In this document: in pieces, positions 10,794 through 20,506 of the stretch
Position numbering within the stretch: the stretch's first letter is position 1
How the letters are laid out: every line of letters begins with the position of its first letter
Assembly (NCBI GenBank): GCA_016218805.1
Contig: JACRCW010000097.1
Location: 1-51,891 of the forward strand
Source of the DNA: Deltaproteobacteria bacterium
GTDB lineage: Bacteria; Myxococcota; JACRCW01
DNA: 51,891 nt
Direction of reading: 5' to 3'
Translations under genes and position numbers: made by a program
The notes under the pieces: generated by a model
Databases searched by the model: none
What the model was told of the DNA's origin: nothing
Seen by the model: only the letters and a program-made list of their open reading frames with translations

Positions 10794-11069
10794 GTGCGTG
10801 TTGTGATGTGCGTGAAGATGGGCAAGGAACTGCCGGGCCTGGCGCGTGATCCGCTGGGTGGTGAGCTGGGCAAGCGCATCTTTGAGCAGGTCAGCCAGGA
10901 GGCGTGGAACCTCTGGCTGGAGCACCAGAAGATGCTGCTGAACGAGTTCCGCTTGAACCTCGCCGACAAGAAGGCGCGCACGTTCCTCACCGAACAGGCG
11001 GAGAAGTTCTTCTTTGGCGAGGGCGCGCAGCTCCCGCCGGACTTCCGGCCGGCGCCGCGCAAGGGCTGA
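10794..11069 (+). CDS. yggX: Oxidative damage protection / Fe(II)-trafficking protein YggX
   Basis: GTG start after GAGGAGG; V.C.K.GKE..GL...P..GELGKRI...VSQEAW..W..HQ.ML.NE.RL signature. Confidence 0.92.
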   Translation: MRVVMCVKMGKELPGLARDPLGGELGKRIFEQVSQEAWNLWLEHQKMLLNEFRLNLADKKARTFLTEQAEKFFFGEGAQLPPDFRPAPRKG

Positions 11070-12496
11070 CGGCCCCCTTGCTGCTGGTCTCCACGTACAC
11101 CCTGGGGCACCAACCGCTGGTGCTGGCGGTGGCCCAACGGGCGCTGCGCGACGCGGGCTTTGCGCCACAACTGCTGGACATCCAGCTTGAACCCGCCACA
11201 CCGGAGCGCCTGCGCGGGCACGCGCTCGTCGCCATTGCCGCGCCCATGCACACCGGCACGCGCCTGGCCGCGGGACTGTGCCGCACCGTGAAGGCCGCGG
11301 ACCCGTCCACGCGCATCTGCGTGTTCGGGCTGCATGCGCCGCCCAACCGCGAACACCTGTTCGCCTCCGGCGCGGATGTTGTGGTGGGGCCAGACTTCAC
11401 CGGCGCGCTGGTGGCGCTGGCGCGCGCCGTGACGCAGGACAGGCCGCTGCAGGGGATTCCCGGTGCGCTGCTCCCGGGTGACACCACGGACCCGGTGCCC
11501 GGGCGTCCCGCGGTCCTGCGCCCGGACCGCACCGGTCTGCTGCCGCTGGCCCGCTACGCACAACTGGAACGCGACGGCGTGCGCACCACCGCCGGCTACG
11601 TGGAGACCACGGTGGGCTGCAAGCACGTGTGCCGCCATTGTCCGCTCACGCCCGTGTACCGCGGGCGGTTCTTCGCGCTGGACCGCGCCGTGGTGCTGGA
11701 TGACATTGACGGCCTGGTTGCCGCAGGCGCGGGTCACATCACGTTTGGAGACCCGGACTTCCTCAACGGACCCGGCCACGCGCTGCGCATCACCGACGAG
11801 CTGCACCGCCGCCACCCGGGCGTGACGTGGGACGCCACCGTCAAGGTGGAGCACCTGCTGCTGCATGCGGACCTGCTGGGGACCTTCCGTGACCGCGGGT
11901 GCGTGTTCATGGTCAGCGCGGTGGAGTCGCTCTCTGACGAGGTGCTGCGGCAGCTCCACAAGGGCCACACCGGCGCGGACGTGCGGCGCGCGCTGGCGCT
12001 CACGCGCCAAGCGGGCATCCCGCTGCGTCCCACGTTTGTAGCCTTTACGCCGTGGACCACCGCTGCGGACCACCTGGCGCTGTGTGACCTGGTGGACCAG
12101 GAGGGCCTCCACGACGTGGTGGACCCCGTGCAGATGACGCTGCGCCTGCTGATTCCCCCGGGGAGCGCGCTGCTGGAGACGTGTGCCGGCCAGCCGTGGC
12201 TGGGCCCGGTCAACGTGGCTTCGCTCACGCACGCCTGGACGCACCCGGACGTGCGCATGGACGCCCTGTGCCAGGAACTGGGGGACGTCGCGGCGGCGGG
12301 CGCGTCGTCGGCCGAAGGCCCGCGCGACACGCTGCAGAAGATCGCCCAGGTGTCACGCGCGCGGCTGGGCGGGGTGCCGCCGCGTGGCGTTGCACCGTCA
12401 ACCGGGAGGGCGCCGCGCCTGACCGAACACTGGTTCTGTTGAGCGGAACCCACGGAAGGCCAGTTGGCCTTCGTGACTCTGGGCGCCAACTTCTGA
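11066..12496 (+). CDS. CUAEP-tail radical SAM selenoprotein (B12-binding-like N-domain); UGA 12440-12442 probably selenocysteine
   Basis: [13 protein letters not shown]-terminus, CKHVCRHC cluster motif, ending [19 protein letters not shown], with a hairpin just downstream of the UGA. Start is CTG 11066 or TTG 11078. Confidence 0.85.
12451..12475 (+). promoter_or_regulatory. Putative bacterial SECIS hairpin
   Basis: CAC-G-GAAGGCC-AGTT-GGCCTTC-GTG: perfect 7-bp stem plus 3-bp extension starting 8 nt after the in-frame UGA. Confidence 0.65.
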
Positions 12497-12546
12497 GCGC
12501 ACCGGTTGACCCCCAATCCGCGCCGGCATTAGGCGTGGCAGCACAA

Positions 12547-13365
12547 ATGATCACCCCGCTGCTGCTGTGCGTTGCCCTGCAGGCGCCGGCGCCCGAGGAA
12601 AAGGCGTCCGTGGCCGTCATGGGCCTGCTGGCGGGCCAGAACGTGACCCCCGCGCTGGCCGCGCTGCTGACGGAGAACGTGGGCGTCAGCCTGCGCAACA
12701 GCAACCGGTTTGACCGGGTGGTGAGCACCGCGGACGTGGAGACGGTGTTGTCCCTGGAGGCGCGGCGGCAGCTGACGTCCTGTGACAGCAACACCTGCAT
12801 TGCGGAGGTGGCCGGGCTGCTGGGCGTCACGCAACTGGTGACGGGCACGGTGGCGCACGTGGGCGAGGTCTACGTGTTCAACCTGCGCCTCGTCCGCACG
12901 CAGGACGCGCAGACGCTGGCTGGGGTCAGCCGCACCATGGAGGGTGATTCGGAGGCGGTGCTGGTCCGCGCGGTGGATGACCTGGTGGCGGAGCTGCTGC
13001 GGCGCGCGGACGGTGAGCCCGCGCCGGCCGCCGTCACGCCGGAGCCGCCTGCGCCCGCGGCGGCCAGCCCGGAGCGGGCGGCGGCGCCAGCGCCGCGGAC
13101 CGGCGTGGTGAAGCCCGTGCTGCGCGGCCTTGCCGCCGCGGGGGTGGTGGCCGCGGGGGTGGGCGTTCTCGTCGTGGTGGCGGGTCTGGGCGCGGCGGCG
13201 GGGTCCCTGGGTGCGGTGCGGGTGCCGGGGAGCGACCATTGGGTGACCGCGCTGCAGGCGGGCTTCACCGTGGGGCTGGGCGCATCCGTGTTGGGCGTGC
13301 TGCTCACCGTCACCGGCGTGATCACGGCGGGCGCGCTTCTGGGCGTGTCGTTGGTGGGAGGCTGA
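12547..13365 (+). CDS. Secreted/membrane protein with CsgG/TolB-N-like domain and C-terminal TM helices
   Basis: Signal-like MITPLLLCVAL; C...C.AE...LLGV...VTG motif shared with the 49884 protein; two hydrophobic C-terminal segments. Confidence 0.7.
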   Translation: MITPLLLCVALQAPAPEEKASVAVMGLLAGQNVTPALAALLTENVGVSLRNSNRFDRVVSTADVETVLSLEARRQLTSCDSNTCIAEVAGLLGVTQLVTGTVAHVGEVYVFNLRLVRTQDAQTLAGVSRTMEGDSEAVLVRAVDDLVAELLRRADGEPAPAAVTPEPPAPAAASPERAAAPAPRTGVVKPVLRGLAAAGVVAAGVGVLVVVAGLGAAAGSLGAVRVPGSDHWVTALQAGFTVGLGASVLGVLLTVTGVITAGALLGVSLVGG

Positions 13366-13366
13366 G

Positions 13367-15532
13367 ATGCGTCGCGCGTGGGTGGCCGTGGTTGCCGTGG
13401 CGGGTGTTGCCGCCGCCTGCAATCCGTTCTGGTGGTGGCCGTCATCCGCCTGTGACGACGACGCGGACTGCCGCAGCGGACGCATCTGCGTGGATGGCAC
13501 CTGCCGGGCGGGCGGGCGGACGCCGGCGGCAACCGGTGACGACAGGTCCATTGCCATGGGTGGGGAGTTCGCCTGCGTCCTCAGGGACGGCGGCGTCACC
13601 TGCTGGGGAGGCAACGCGTTCGGGCAGCTGGGTACGGTGTCGGCGTCACCCGCGCCGGCGGTGGTGCCCGGGTTGCAACCCGCGCAGGCCATCACGGTTG
13701 GGTTTGGGCACGCGTGCGCGCTGGCCGGAGGCACGGCGTGGTGCTGGGGCTACGCGGACCGCGGCGCGCTGGGCACCGGTTCCATGACGACGCAGCCCGG
13801 GCTCATTGAACCGGTGGCCTTCACCGACTGGGTGCAGGTGGACTCCTTTGGCCACCACACCTGTGGCATCCGCGAGGGCGGGGCGCTGTACTGTTGGGGT
13901 GACAACAATGCCGGGCAGCTGGGGCTGGGGCCCGGCGCGGCCACGCAGTACGCGGAGCCGGTGCAGGTCCCGTTTGTGGGAGGCGTCGCGGAGGTGTCCA
14001 CGGGGTGGGACTTCACGTGCGTGGTCTCCACCGACGGAAGACTGTGGTGCTTTGGGACATCCAATGAGGTCCTGGGGGGCCGGCTGGACGCGCCCACGCA
14101 GATGCCAGAGACGGGCTGGTCCAACATCCAGGCCGCAGCCACGCACGTGTGCGGGCTGCGTGGAGGAGAGCTGTGGTGTTGGGGCGAGGCTGGCCACGTG
14201 GGACAGGGCGACGAAGCCGCGCTGCAGCCCACACGCGTGGGCTCTGCCGGGAACTGGCGGGGCGTGACGTGCGGCGCGTTCCACAGCTGCGCGTGGAACG
14301 ACGTGGGCGAGCTGTATTGCTTTGGGGCCAACGCCGCAGGGCAGTTGGGCACCGGGCCGGGCGGAATCAATGCGGGGACGCCCAAGCGGGTGCCCACGCC
14401 GGACGGCGCGTGGCAGGCGGCGGCCATGGGGCCGTCAGAATCCACGTGCGGCCTGCAGGACGGGCGGGTGTACTGCTGGGGCTCCAACGAGCACGGTGAG
14501 CTGGGGCAGGGCTACGCGGGCCGTTCCGCGGCGCCGCGGGAGGTGGGGCCGGACGCGGGGCACCGCTGGACGCAGGTGCGCGCGGGAGACCGGCACGCGT
14601 GCGCCGTTGACCAGGAGGGTGGGCTCTACTGCTGGGGCAGCAACGACGTGGGGCAGCTGGGTACGGCCGACATGCCCGTGCAGCACCGCACGCCGGTGGG
14701 CGTGGACGGCGGCGCGTGGTCCCGCGTGGTGGCCGGTGAGATGACGACGTGCGCGATGCAGCGCGATGGCGGTTGGTTCTGTTTTGGCTCGGATGGACTG
14801 TCGGTGGGCCTGGGAGGGCCGGAGCAGCGGCCGGTGCGCATCCCCGGGCCGTTTGTGGACGCGGTGGTGGGCAACTCGTTTGCGTGCTTTGTCGACGGGG
14901 CCGCCGGGCTGCAGTGCACCGGGTCATACTTTGACCGCACGGAGTTGCGGGCGGCGTTGCCGGGGGTGACGTGGGACGCCGTGGCCGGCCGCGGTGACGT
15001 TGTTGCGGGCACTTCTGGCGGACGGATGCAGCGCTGGACGGTGTGGGACGCGGACGCCGGCTTTACCAGCGAGACCCTCCCCGGCCTGGCGATGCGTGCG
15101 CCGGTGGCCCGTGGCACGGGACACGACTGCGCCGCGTCGTCCGACGGCGGCAGCCTGTTCTGCATGGGCGACAACTCAAACGGCCAGCTGGGCGTCCCCG
15201 ACGGCGGTCCGGGGCCACAGGAGGTCCCGCTGCCGGGCGCGGTGCTGTCGGTCTGCGCCGGGCAGGATCACACCTGCGCCATTGTGGACGGCGGCTCGGC
15301 GTGGTGCTGGGGGCGGGGCGAGGAGGGCGAGACCGGCTACCGGGTGGACTACCAGAGCCCCACCCCGCGCGAGGTCAGCGGCGGAGCCTTCACGGACATC
15401 ACCTGCGGCACGTCATTCACCTGCGGCATCCGTGCCGGCGGGACGCTGTGGTGCTGGGGCAGCAACCGGCGCGGCGAACTGGGCGACGGGCGCGGCGGCT
15501 CACCGGTGCCACAGCCCGTCACGCTGCCCTGA
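13367..15532 (+). CDS. RCC1/BLIP-II repeat lipoprotein
   Basis: Lipobox AAAC; many H.CA....G...CWG.N..GQLG repeats. Confidence 0.92.
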   Translation: MRRAWVAVVAVAGVAAACNPFWWWPSSACDDDADCRSGRICVDGTCRAGGRTPAATGDDRSIAMGGEFACVLRDGGVTCWGGNAFGQLGTVSASPAPAVVPGLQPAQAITVGFGHACALAGGTAWCWGYADRGALGTGSMTTQPGLIEPVAFTDWVQVDSFGHHTCGIREGGALYCWGDNNAGQLGLGPGAATQYAEPVQVPFVGGVAEVSTGWDFTCVVSTDGRLWCFGTSNEVLGGRLDAPTQMPETGWSNIQAAATHVCGLRGGELWCWGEAGHVGQGDEAALQPTRVGSAGNWRGVTCGAFHSCAWNDVGELYCFGANAAGQLGTGPGGINAGTPKRVPTPDGAWQAAAMGPSESTCGLQDGRVYCWGSNEHGELGQGYAGRSAAPREVGPDAGHRWTQVRAGDRHACAVDQEGGLYCWGSNDVGQLGTADMPVQHRTPVGVDGGAWSRVVAGEMTTCAMQRDGGWFCFGSDGLSVGLGGPEQRPVRIPGPFVDAVVGNSFACFVDGAAGLQCTGSYFDRTELRAALPGVTWDAVAGRGDVVAGTSGGRMQRWTVWDADAGFTSETLPGLAMRAPVARGTGHDCAASSDGGSLFCMGDNSNGQLGVPDGGPGPQEVPLPGAVLSVCAGQDHTCAIVDGGSAWCWGRGEEGETGYRVDYQSPTPREVSGGAFTDITCGTSFTCGIRAGGTLWCWGSNRRGELGDGRGGSPVPQPVTLP

Positions 15533-15538
15533 GGCGCT

Positions 15539-16006
15539 TCACGCGCGGTGGTAGGGCTCCCCGCGCAGCACGGTGAACGCGCGGTACAGCGCCTCCAGCG
15601 CCACCACGCGCGCCAGGCGGTGTGGCAGCGTCAGGGTGGACAGGCTCCACTGCTCCACGCACGCGCGCAGCAGCTCCCCGTCCAGCCCCGTGGGGCCGCC
15701 CTGGTAGAGCACCACGTCACGCCCCGCGTTGAGCCAGGCCTGCAGGCGCGCGGCCAGCTGCTCCGTGGTGTACTGCCTTCCCGTCACCTGCAACGCCACG
15801 GCGTGCGCGCCCGGTGGCGCCACCTTGCGCAGCTTGTCCGCCTCCAGGCGCTCCACCGGTTCGCCGCCGCCACGGCGTGCGGAGGCCTCCACCGTGCGCA
15901 ACTCAAAACGCGCGTAGTGCGTCAGGCGCTCCGCGTAGTCCTGCGCGGCCTGGTCCAGGAAGTCCTTCTTGGACACAGGGCCCACGCCCGCCAGGACAAT
16001 GCGCAT
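15539..16006 (-). CDS. rlmH: 23S rRNA m3-pseudouridine 1915 methyltransferase RlmH
   Basis: GGPTGL, SLSTLTLPHRLARVVALEALYRAFTVLRGEPYH; start at ATG 16006. Confidence 0.92.
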   Translation of the reverse strand: MRIVLAGVGPVSKKDFLDQAAQDYAERLTHYARFELRTVEASARRGGGEPVERLEADKLRKVAPPGAHAVALQVTGRQYTTEQLAARLQAWLNAGRDVVLYQGGPTGLDGELLRACVEQWSLSTLTLPHRLARVVALEALYRAFTVLRGEPYHRA

Positions 16007-16416
16007 CAGTCCCGCAGCCAGTGCCCAACGAGCTGCAGCCACTGCCAGGCAATGAGCAGCGGCCCCTGGTCCGAGTTGGCGGCCTCCAGCAACGGGTTGC
16101 GCCCGGAGCTGGCCACCACCACGTAATCCACCTTGCGGCCGTCCAGGAACACGTACTGCAGCTTGTCCTTGCTGTAGACCCAGCGCTGCACGGGCAGCCC
16201 CGTCTTGAGTTCCTCTTCAAAGACCATCGTGTCCGGCGTGCCGCTTTCGTCCAGCGCGCGCCGCTGGTCCGGGCTGAGCTGACTGCGGTTGAGCCGCACC
16301 ACGTCAAACCGGTCATTGGTGACGCGCATACCCCGCTCAATGGGCGAGCGCAGGACAAACATGCACCCGCCGCCGAGCGGCGCGAGGAGCAGGACGAGCG
16401 CGAGGAGCCGGGCCAT
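16006..16416 (-). CDS. Hypothetical lipoprotein
   Basis: Signal peptide ending LGGGC; host-like codon usage; stop overlaps the rlmH start. Confidence 0.75.
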   Translation of the reverse strand: MARLLALVLLLAPLGGGCMFVLRSPIERGMRVTNDRFDVVRLNRSQLSPDQRRALDESGTPDTMVFEEELKTGLPVQRWVYSKDKLQYVFLDGRKVDYVVVASSGRNPLLEAANSDQGPLLIAWQWLQLVGHWLRD

Positions 16417-16461
16417 GGGTCGGGGTGCTAGTAGTGGACGCCTCTCCCGGGCTCAACCGCC

Positions 16462-17790
16462 ATGACCCATCACGCACACGCCGCCCCCGCGCTGGAGACC
16501 CTCAAGGCCTTGCTGCGGGTAGACACCACCAACCCGCCAGGCAATGAAACGCCGGCCGCGCAGCTGCTGGCGGAGCGGTTTTCGGGCGCGGGGCTGGAGC
16601 CGCGGCTGCTCCACAAGGAGCCGGGGCGGGACAACGTGGTGGTGCGCCTCAAGGGCCAAGGCGCGGGCCCGCCGCTGCTGCTCACCGCGCACCTGGACGT
16701 GGTGCCGGCCGAGCGCGACCGCTGGACGGTGCCGCCGTTTGACGCGGTGGTGCAGGACGGGTGGTTGTGGGGGCGCGGGGCCATTGACATGAAGCACATG
16801 GCGGCCATGAGCGCGCACGTGCTGCTGGCGCTGCAGGAGGAGGGGGTTGCCCTCAAGCGGGACGTGATCTTTGCCGGCGTGGCGGACGAGGAAGCCGGCT
16901 GCGCGGCGGGCAGCCGCTTCCTGGTGGACCAGCACGCGGACCTGGTGCGCGCGGAGTACGCGCTGGGCGAGGTGGGCGGCTTCCCGCTGGACATTGGCCC
17001 GGTCCGCTACTGGCCCATCCAGGTGGCGGAGAAGGGCGCGGTCCGGCTCACGCTGACCGCGCGTGGTGACCCGGGGCACGGCTCCATGCCGCACGGGCAG
17101 CAGGCGGTGCTTCGGCTGGCCGCGGCGCTGGCGTCATTGGGCGGTGCGCGGTTGCCGTTGCACGTGACCCCGCCGGTGTACCGCTTCATTGCTGAAGTGG
17201 CGCGCCGCCAGCCCATCCCCGCCAAGCTGGTCCTGCCCCTGCTGCTGCACGAGAAGACGGCCCCGCCCGTGCTGGACCGCGCCATCCCACCGCACCTGCG
17301 GGACGGGTTTGCCGCGCTGCTGGCGGACACGGTGAGCGCCACCGTGCTGCGCGCGGGCGAGCGCGTGAACGTCATACCTTCGTTCGCCACCGCGCAGGTG
17401 GACGGGCGCACGCTGCCGGGCCACACGGGCGCCACCCTGGCTGAAGAAGTGCGTGACCGCGTGGGCGCGGAGATTGAGATCACCATAGACAGTGACGAGC
17501 CGCCCACCGTGTTCCCCGCAGACACGCCGTTGTTCACCGTGCTGGCGGAGACGCTGCGCGAAGCCGACCCCAACGGCGTGCCCGTGCCGTACATGATCCC
17601 CGGTTACACGGACGCCAAGGCGTGGGCCCGCCTGGGGACCACCTGCTACGGGTTTGCGCCCACGCGGTTCCCCGCGGGGAGCGTGGCGTTCAACAAGCTG
17701 TACCACGGGCATGATGAGCGCGTTCACGTGGACGGGTTCCTGTGGGGGTTTGGCGTGCTGTACCGGGCGGTGAAGCGCTGGTGCACGTGA
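16462..17790 (+). CDS. M20/M25/M40 family metallopeptidase
   Basis: DTTNPPGNE, AHLDVVP, GRGAIDMK, ADEEAG, GHGSMP, PGYTDAK, HGHDERV. Confidence 0.93.
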   Translation: MTHHAHAAPALETLKALLRVDTTNPPGNETPAAQLLAERFSGAGLEPRLLHKEPGRDNVVVRLKGQGAGPPLLLTAHLDVVPAERDRWTVPPFDAVVQDGWLWGRGAIDMKHMAAMSAHVLLALQEEGVALKRDVIFAGVADEEAGCAAGSRFLVDQHADLVRAEYALGEVGGFPLDIGPVRYWPIQVAEKGAVRLTLTARGDPGHGSMPHGQQAVLRLAAALASLGGARLPLHVTPPVYRFIAEVARRQPIPAKLVLPLLLHEKTAPPVLDRAIPPHLRDGFAALLADTVSATVLRAGERVNVIPSFATAQVDGRTLPGHTGATLAEEVRDRVGAEIEITIDSDEPPTVFPADTPLFTVLAETLREADPNGVPVPYMIPGYTDAKAWARLGTTCYGFAPTRFPAGSVAFNKLYHGHDERVHVDGFLWGFGVLYRAVKRWCT

Positions 17791-17906
17791 GCGTGCGGGG
17801 TTGAGGAGGAACAGCCAGATGCGTCAGCGACCGGCCGGAGGCCGGTCCCACGTGGGGCCCGGGCGACGGGGACCTGTGCCGCGGATGGTCCCGCGCACGC
17901 CTCGTC

Positions 17907-17940
17907 GTAGGGCGGGGGCTCGTCGGGCTCGTCCCCCGCC
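17907..17940 (+). repeat. GTAG-type REP-like palindrome, copy 1
   Basis: GTAG-GGCGGGGG-...-CCCCCGCC between convergent genes; a close copy lies at 38001. Confidence 0.6.
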
Positions 17941-18063
17941 CGAGTGAGATACTGGGTCTTTCAGCGGCGTGACCTGCTCCACCACGTCGCAGGAAGCCGG
18001 TGTCCGCCCTCTACGCGGAGGTGGGGCGGGTGCTCGAAACACCCCTCGCCGCATGGACCCTGC

Positions 18064-18783
18064 TCAGCGGCCAAACTCCAACAGCTTGCTGACCACGCCG
18101 TGCAGGATCCTCAGCTCCTCCTCCGACGGTGCGGCGCGCGCGAGCAGCCGCTGCATCAGGCGCCACGGCCGCCGGGACCGTCCGTGGGTCTGCCACCCCG
18201 CGCGCACCAGCAGCGCCTCGGCGTCCTGGGCCAACCGCGCGCGCTGTGCGCGGTCCACCGGTGGCGGGGCGCTGCGCCGGCGCTCACCCGCCACCGTCCA
18301 CGCGTAACCAAACACCGCCACCGCGTGGGACAGGTTCATGCTCGGGTGCCCCGCCGCCGTGGGAATGCGCACCAGCGCGTCACACCGCAGCGCGTCCGCC
18401 GTGGACAGCCCCTGCGCCTCCGTCCCAAACACCACCGCCGCCCGCGCGCGGCTCGCCCGTACGCGCGCCAGGACCTCGTCCACGCCCTCCGGGTCGCCGC
18501 GGTGCCGCCCGCTGCGGGCGCTGAAGCCCACCACCAGCGCGCACCCCGCCACGGCCTCCTCCAGCGTCGTCACGTGGCGCGCGTCCCGCAGTACCGCCGC
18601 GCTGTCGGTGGCGCGCAGGCACGCTTCGCGCTCCGTGTTGATGCCGGGCGCGCCCACAATGACCAGCTCCGCCATGCCAAAATTGCCCAGCACGCGGGCG
18701 GCCGCGCCCACGTTGCCGGGGAACTGCGGTTCCACCAGCACCACGCGCGGCGGCGCGTCAGCGGGGTTTCTGGGCGGCGCCAA
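18064..18783 (-). CDS. TrmJ/LasT-type SPOUT RNA methyltransferase
   Basis: VVLVEPQFPGNVGAAARVLGNFG, VFGTEAQGLS, SMNLSHAV; exact start uncertain. Confidence 0.88.
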   Translation of the reverse strand: MAPPRNPADAPPRVVLVEPQFPGNVGAAARVLGNFGMAELVIVGAPGINTEREACLRATDSAAVLRDARHVTTLEEAVAGCALVVGFSARSGRHRGDPEGVDEVLARVRASRARAAVVFGTEAQGLSTADALRCDALVRIPTAAGHPSMNLSHAVAVFGYAWTVAGERRRSAPPPVDRAQRARLAQDAEALLVRAGWQTHGRSRRPWRLMQRLLARAAPSEEELRILHGVVSKLLEFGR

Positions 18784-20497
18784 CCTGGGGATCCTTCACG
18801 TACAGGACCAGCTGCTGGCCCACGCGCAGCCGTCGGCGCCGGTTGAGCCCGTTCCATGCGGCCACACTGCGCACGTCCACGCCGTGCTTCACGGCAATGT
18901 CCCACAGCGTGTCGCCCTTGCGGACCACCACCTTCACGTGGCGGCTGCCCCGCGGGGGGGCGGCTTTCACCACCCGGCCGCGCCGCTCGGTGACGTCGTC
19001 GTCCAGGTCGCCCGCGGGGATCGCTCCGCCGGGTGGTACCGGGATGATCAGGTCTTCGCCGGGTTGCAGCTTCTGGTTGGGGAGGTTGTTTTCGGCAACA
19101 ACCAGGTCCGTGCGGGTCTGGTAGCGGGCGGCCACCGCGGCCAGCGTGTCACCGGGCCGGACATGGTGGCGGCGGTAACGCGCGCGCTCGCCCTCGGTCA
19201 GCGTGACCAGCCCGGCCTGGCACCGCTCCAGGCTGCGCGGGGGCACGCGCAGGTCAAAGGTGGGGTTGGCCGTGGTGGGCGGGGGCGTGATGGGCCGGCG
19301 CAATGCGGGGTTGAGCTCCAGCAGCACCTCCACGTCCGTGCCGCAGGCGCGCGCCACCGGGGCCAGGTGCAGGTTCTCCGTCAGCGTCAGCACGTCAAAC
19401 TCAAACGGCGCCAGCGGCTCAATCCCGTCAAACCCGTACTGGGCCGGGTCCCGCGCAATGGTGGCAGCAGCAAGCAGCTTGGGGACGTAGTTGCGCGTCT
19501 CCCAGCGCAGTGACCGCGTGCGGGCCAGCGCAAAGAACTCCCGCGTGCGCTGCCGGTGGATGGCGCGTGAAACCTTGCCGGGCCCGGCGTTGTAGGACGC
19601 CCACGCCAGGTGCCAGTCCCCCCAGGTGCGGTACAGCTCGGCCAGGTAGCGGGATGCCGCGTACGTGGCCTTGATGGGATCGCGGCGCTCGTCCAGCCAG
19701 TAGTTGACGGCGAGCCCCATGCGCACCCCGGTGGGACGGATGAACTGCCAGGGCCCGGCGGCGTGCGCAAAGCTGTACGCCTTGGGGGAGAACCCGCTCT
19801 CAATCATGGACAGGTACACCGTGTCTGACGGCAGCCCTTCCTCGACGAGGATCTTGCGCATCATGGGGCCGTACCGCCAATAGCGGGCCACCCACAGCCG
19901 GTAGTACTTGGCACCCACGCCCTGGAAGAAGGTGATCCAGCGGCGGACCATGTCGTTGTCCGCCATGGGGATGTCACCCGCCACGTCCAGCGGGCCGGAC
20001 GTGCGGCGGATGACCACGGTGCGCCGCAGGTAGTCCGCCAGCAGCGCCGCCTCCTCGCGTGATTGCGCCTCGCGCACGCGCTCGGACAGGCCCTCCGTCC
20101 CCAGCGCGCCCAGCATGTGCACGCCCAGCCGCGCCGGGGCGGCCACGCGGCGCAAGCCGCTGTCGTCGTCAACTGGGAGATCCACGGGTGGCAGCAGGTC
20201 CCGGCGCAGCGTGCGTTCCGGCGCCGGAGCCGGTGGCGTGGGGGCCGCGGGCGCTTCCGGCTCGGGCAGCTTTCCCTCGCCCCCCTCGCCGCCCGTCGTC
20301 GTCGCCTCCATGTCCTCGATGATGTCGCTGGCCGCGGGCTCCGCGTCCGGGGGCGGGTCCTCGTCGTCAGCGGGGTCCTCCGGCGGGTCCGGCGCGTCCA
20401 CGGGGAGGGGGCCTCCATCCGTCGCCTCCGCGGCGCGGCCGTCCGGCGCCGCCAGGCACAGTGCGAACACTCCAAGGACCGCCGGGATTCGCCGCAT
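18758..20497 (-). CDS. MltD-like lytic transglycosylase with LysM domains
   Basis: MIESGF, AAGPWQFI, DERRDP, ASYNAG, ETRNYVPK; LysM motifs VRPGDTL and VRKGDTLWDIA. Confidence 0.93.
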   Translation of the reverse strand: MRRIPAVLGVFALCLAAPDGRAAEATDGGPLPVDAPDPPEDPADDEDPPPDAEPAASDIIEDMEATTTGGEGGEGKLPEPEAPAAPTPPAPAPERTLRRDLLPPVDLPVDDDSGLRRVAAPARLGVHMLGALGTEGLSERVREAQSREEAALLADYLRRTVVIRRTSGPLDVAGDIPMADNDMVRRWITFFQGVGAKYYRLWVARYWRYGPMMRKILVEEGLPSDTVYLSMIESGFSPKAYSFAHAAGPWQFIRPTGVRMGLAVNYWLDERRDPIKATYAASRYLAELYRTWGDWHLAWASYNAGPGKVSRAIHRQRTREFFALARTRSLRWETRNYVPKLLAAATIARDPAQYGFDGIEPLAPFEFDVLTLTENLHLAPVARACGTDVEVLLELNPALRRPITPPPTTANPTFDLRVPPRSLERCQAGLVTLTEGERARYRRHHVRPGDTLAAVAARYQTRTDLVVAENNLPNQKLQPGEDLIIPVPPGGAIPAGDLDDDVTERRGRVVKAAPPRGSRHVKVVVRKGDTLWDIAVKHGVDVRSVAAWNGLNRRRRLRVGQQLVLYVKDPQVGAAQKPR

Positions 20498-20506
20498 GAG
20501 TCCCCC

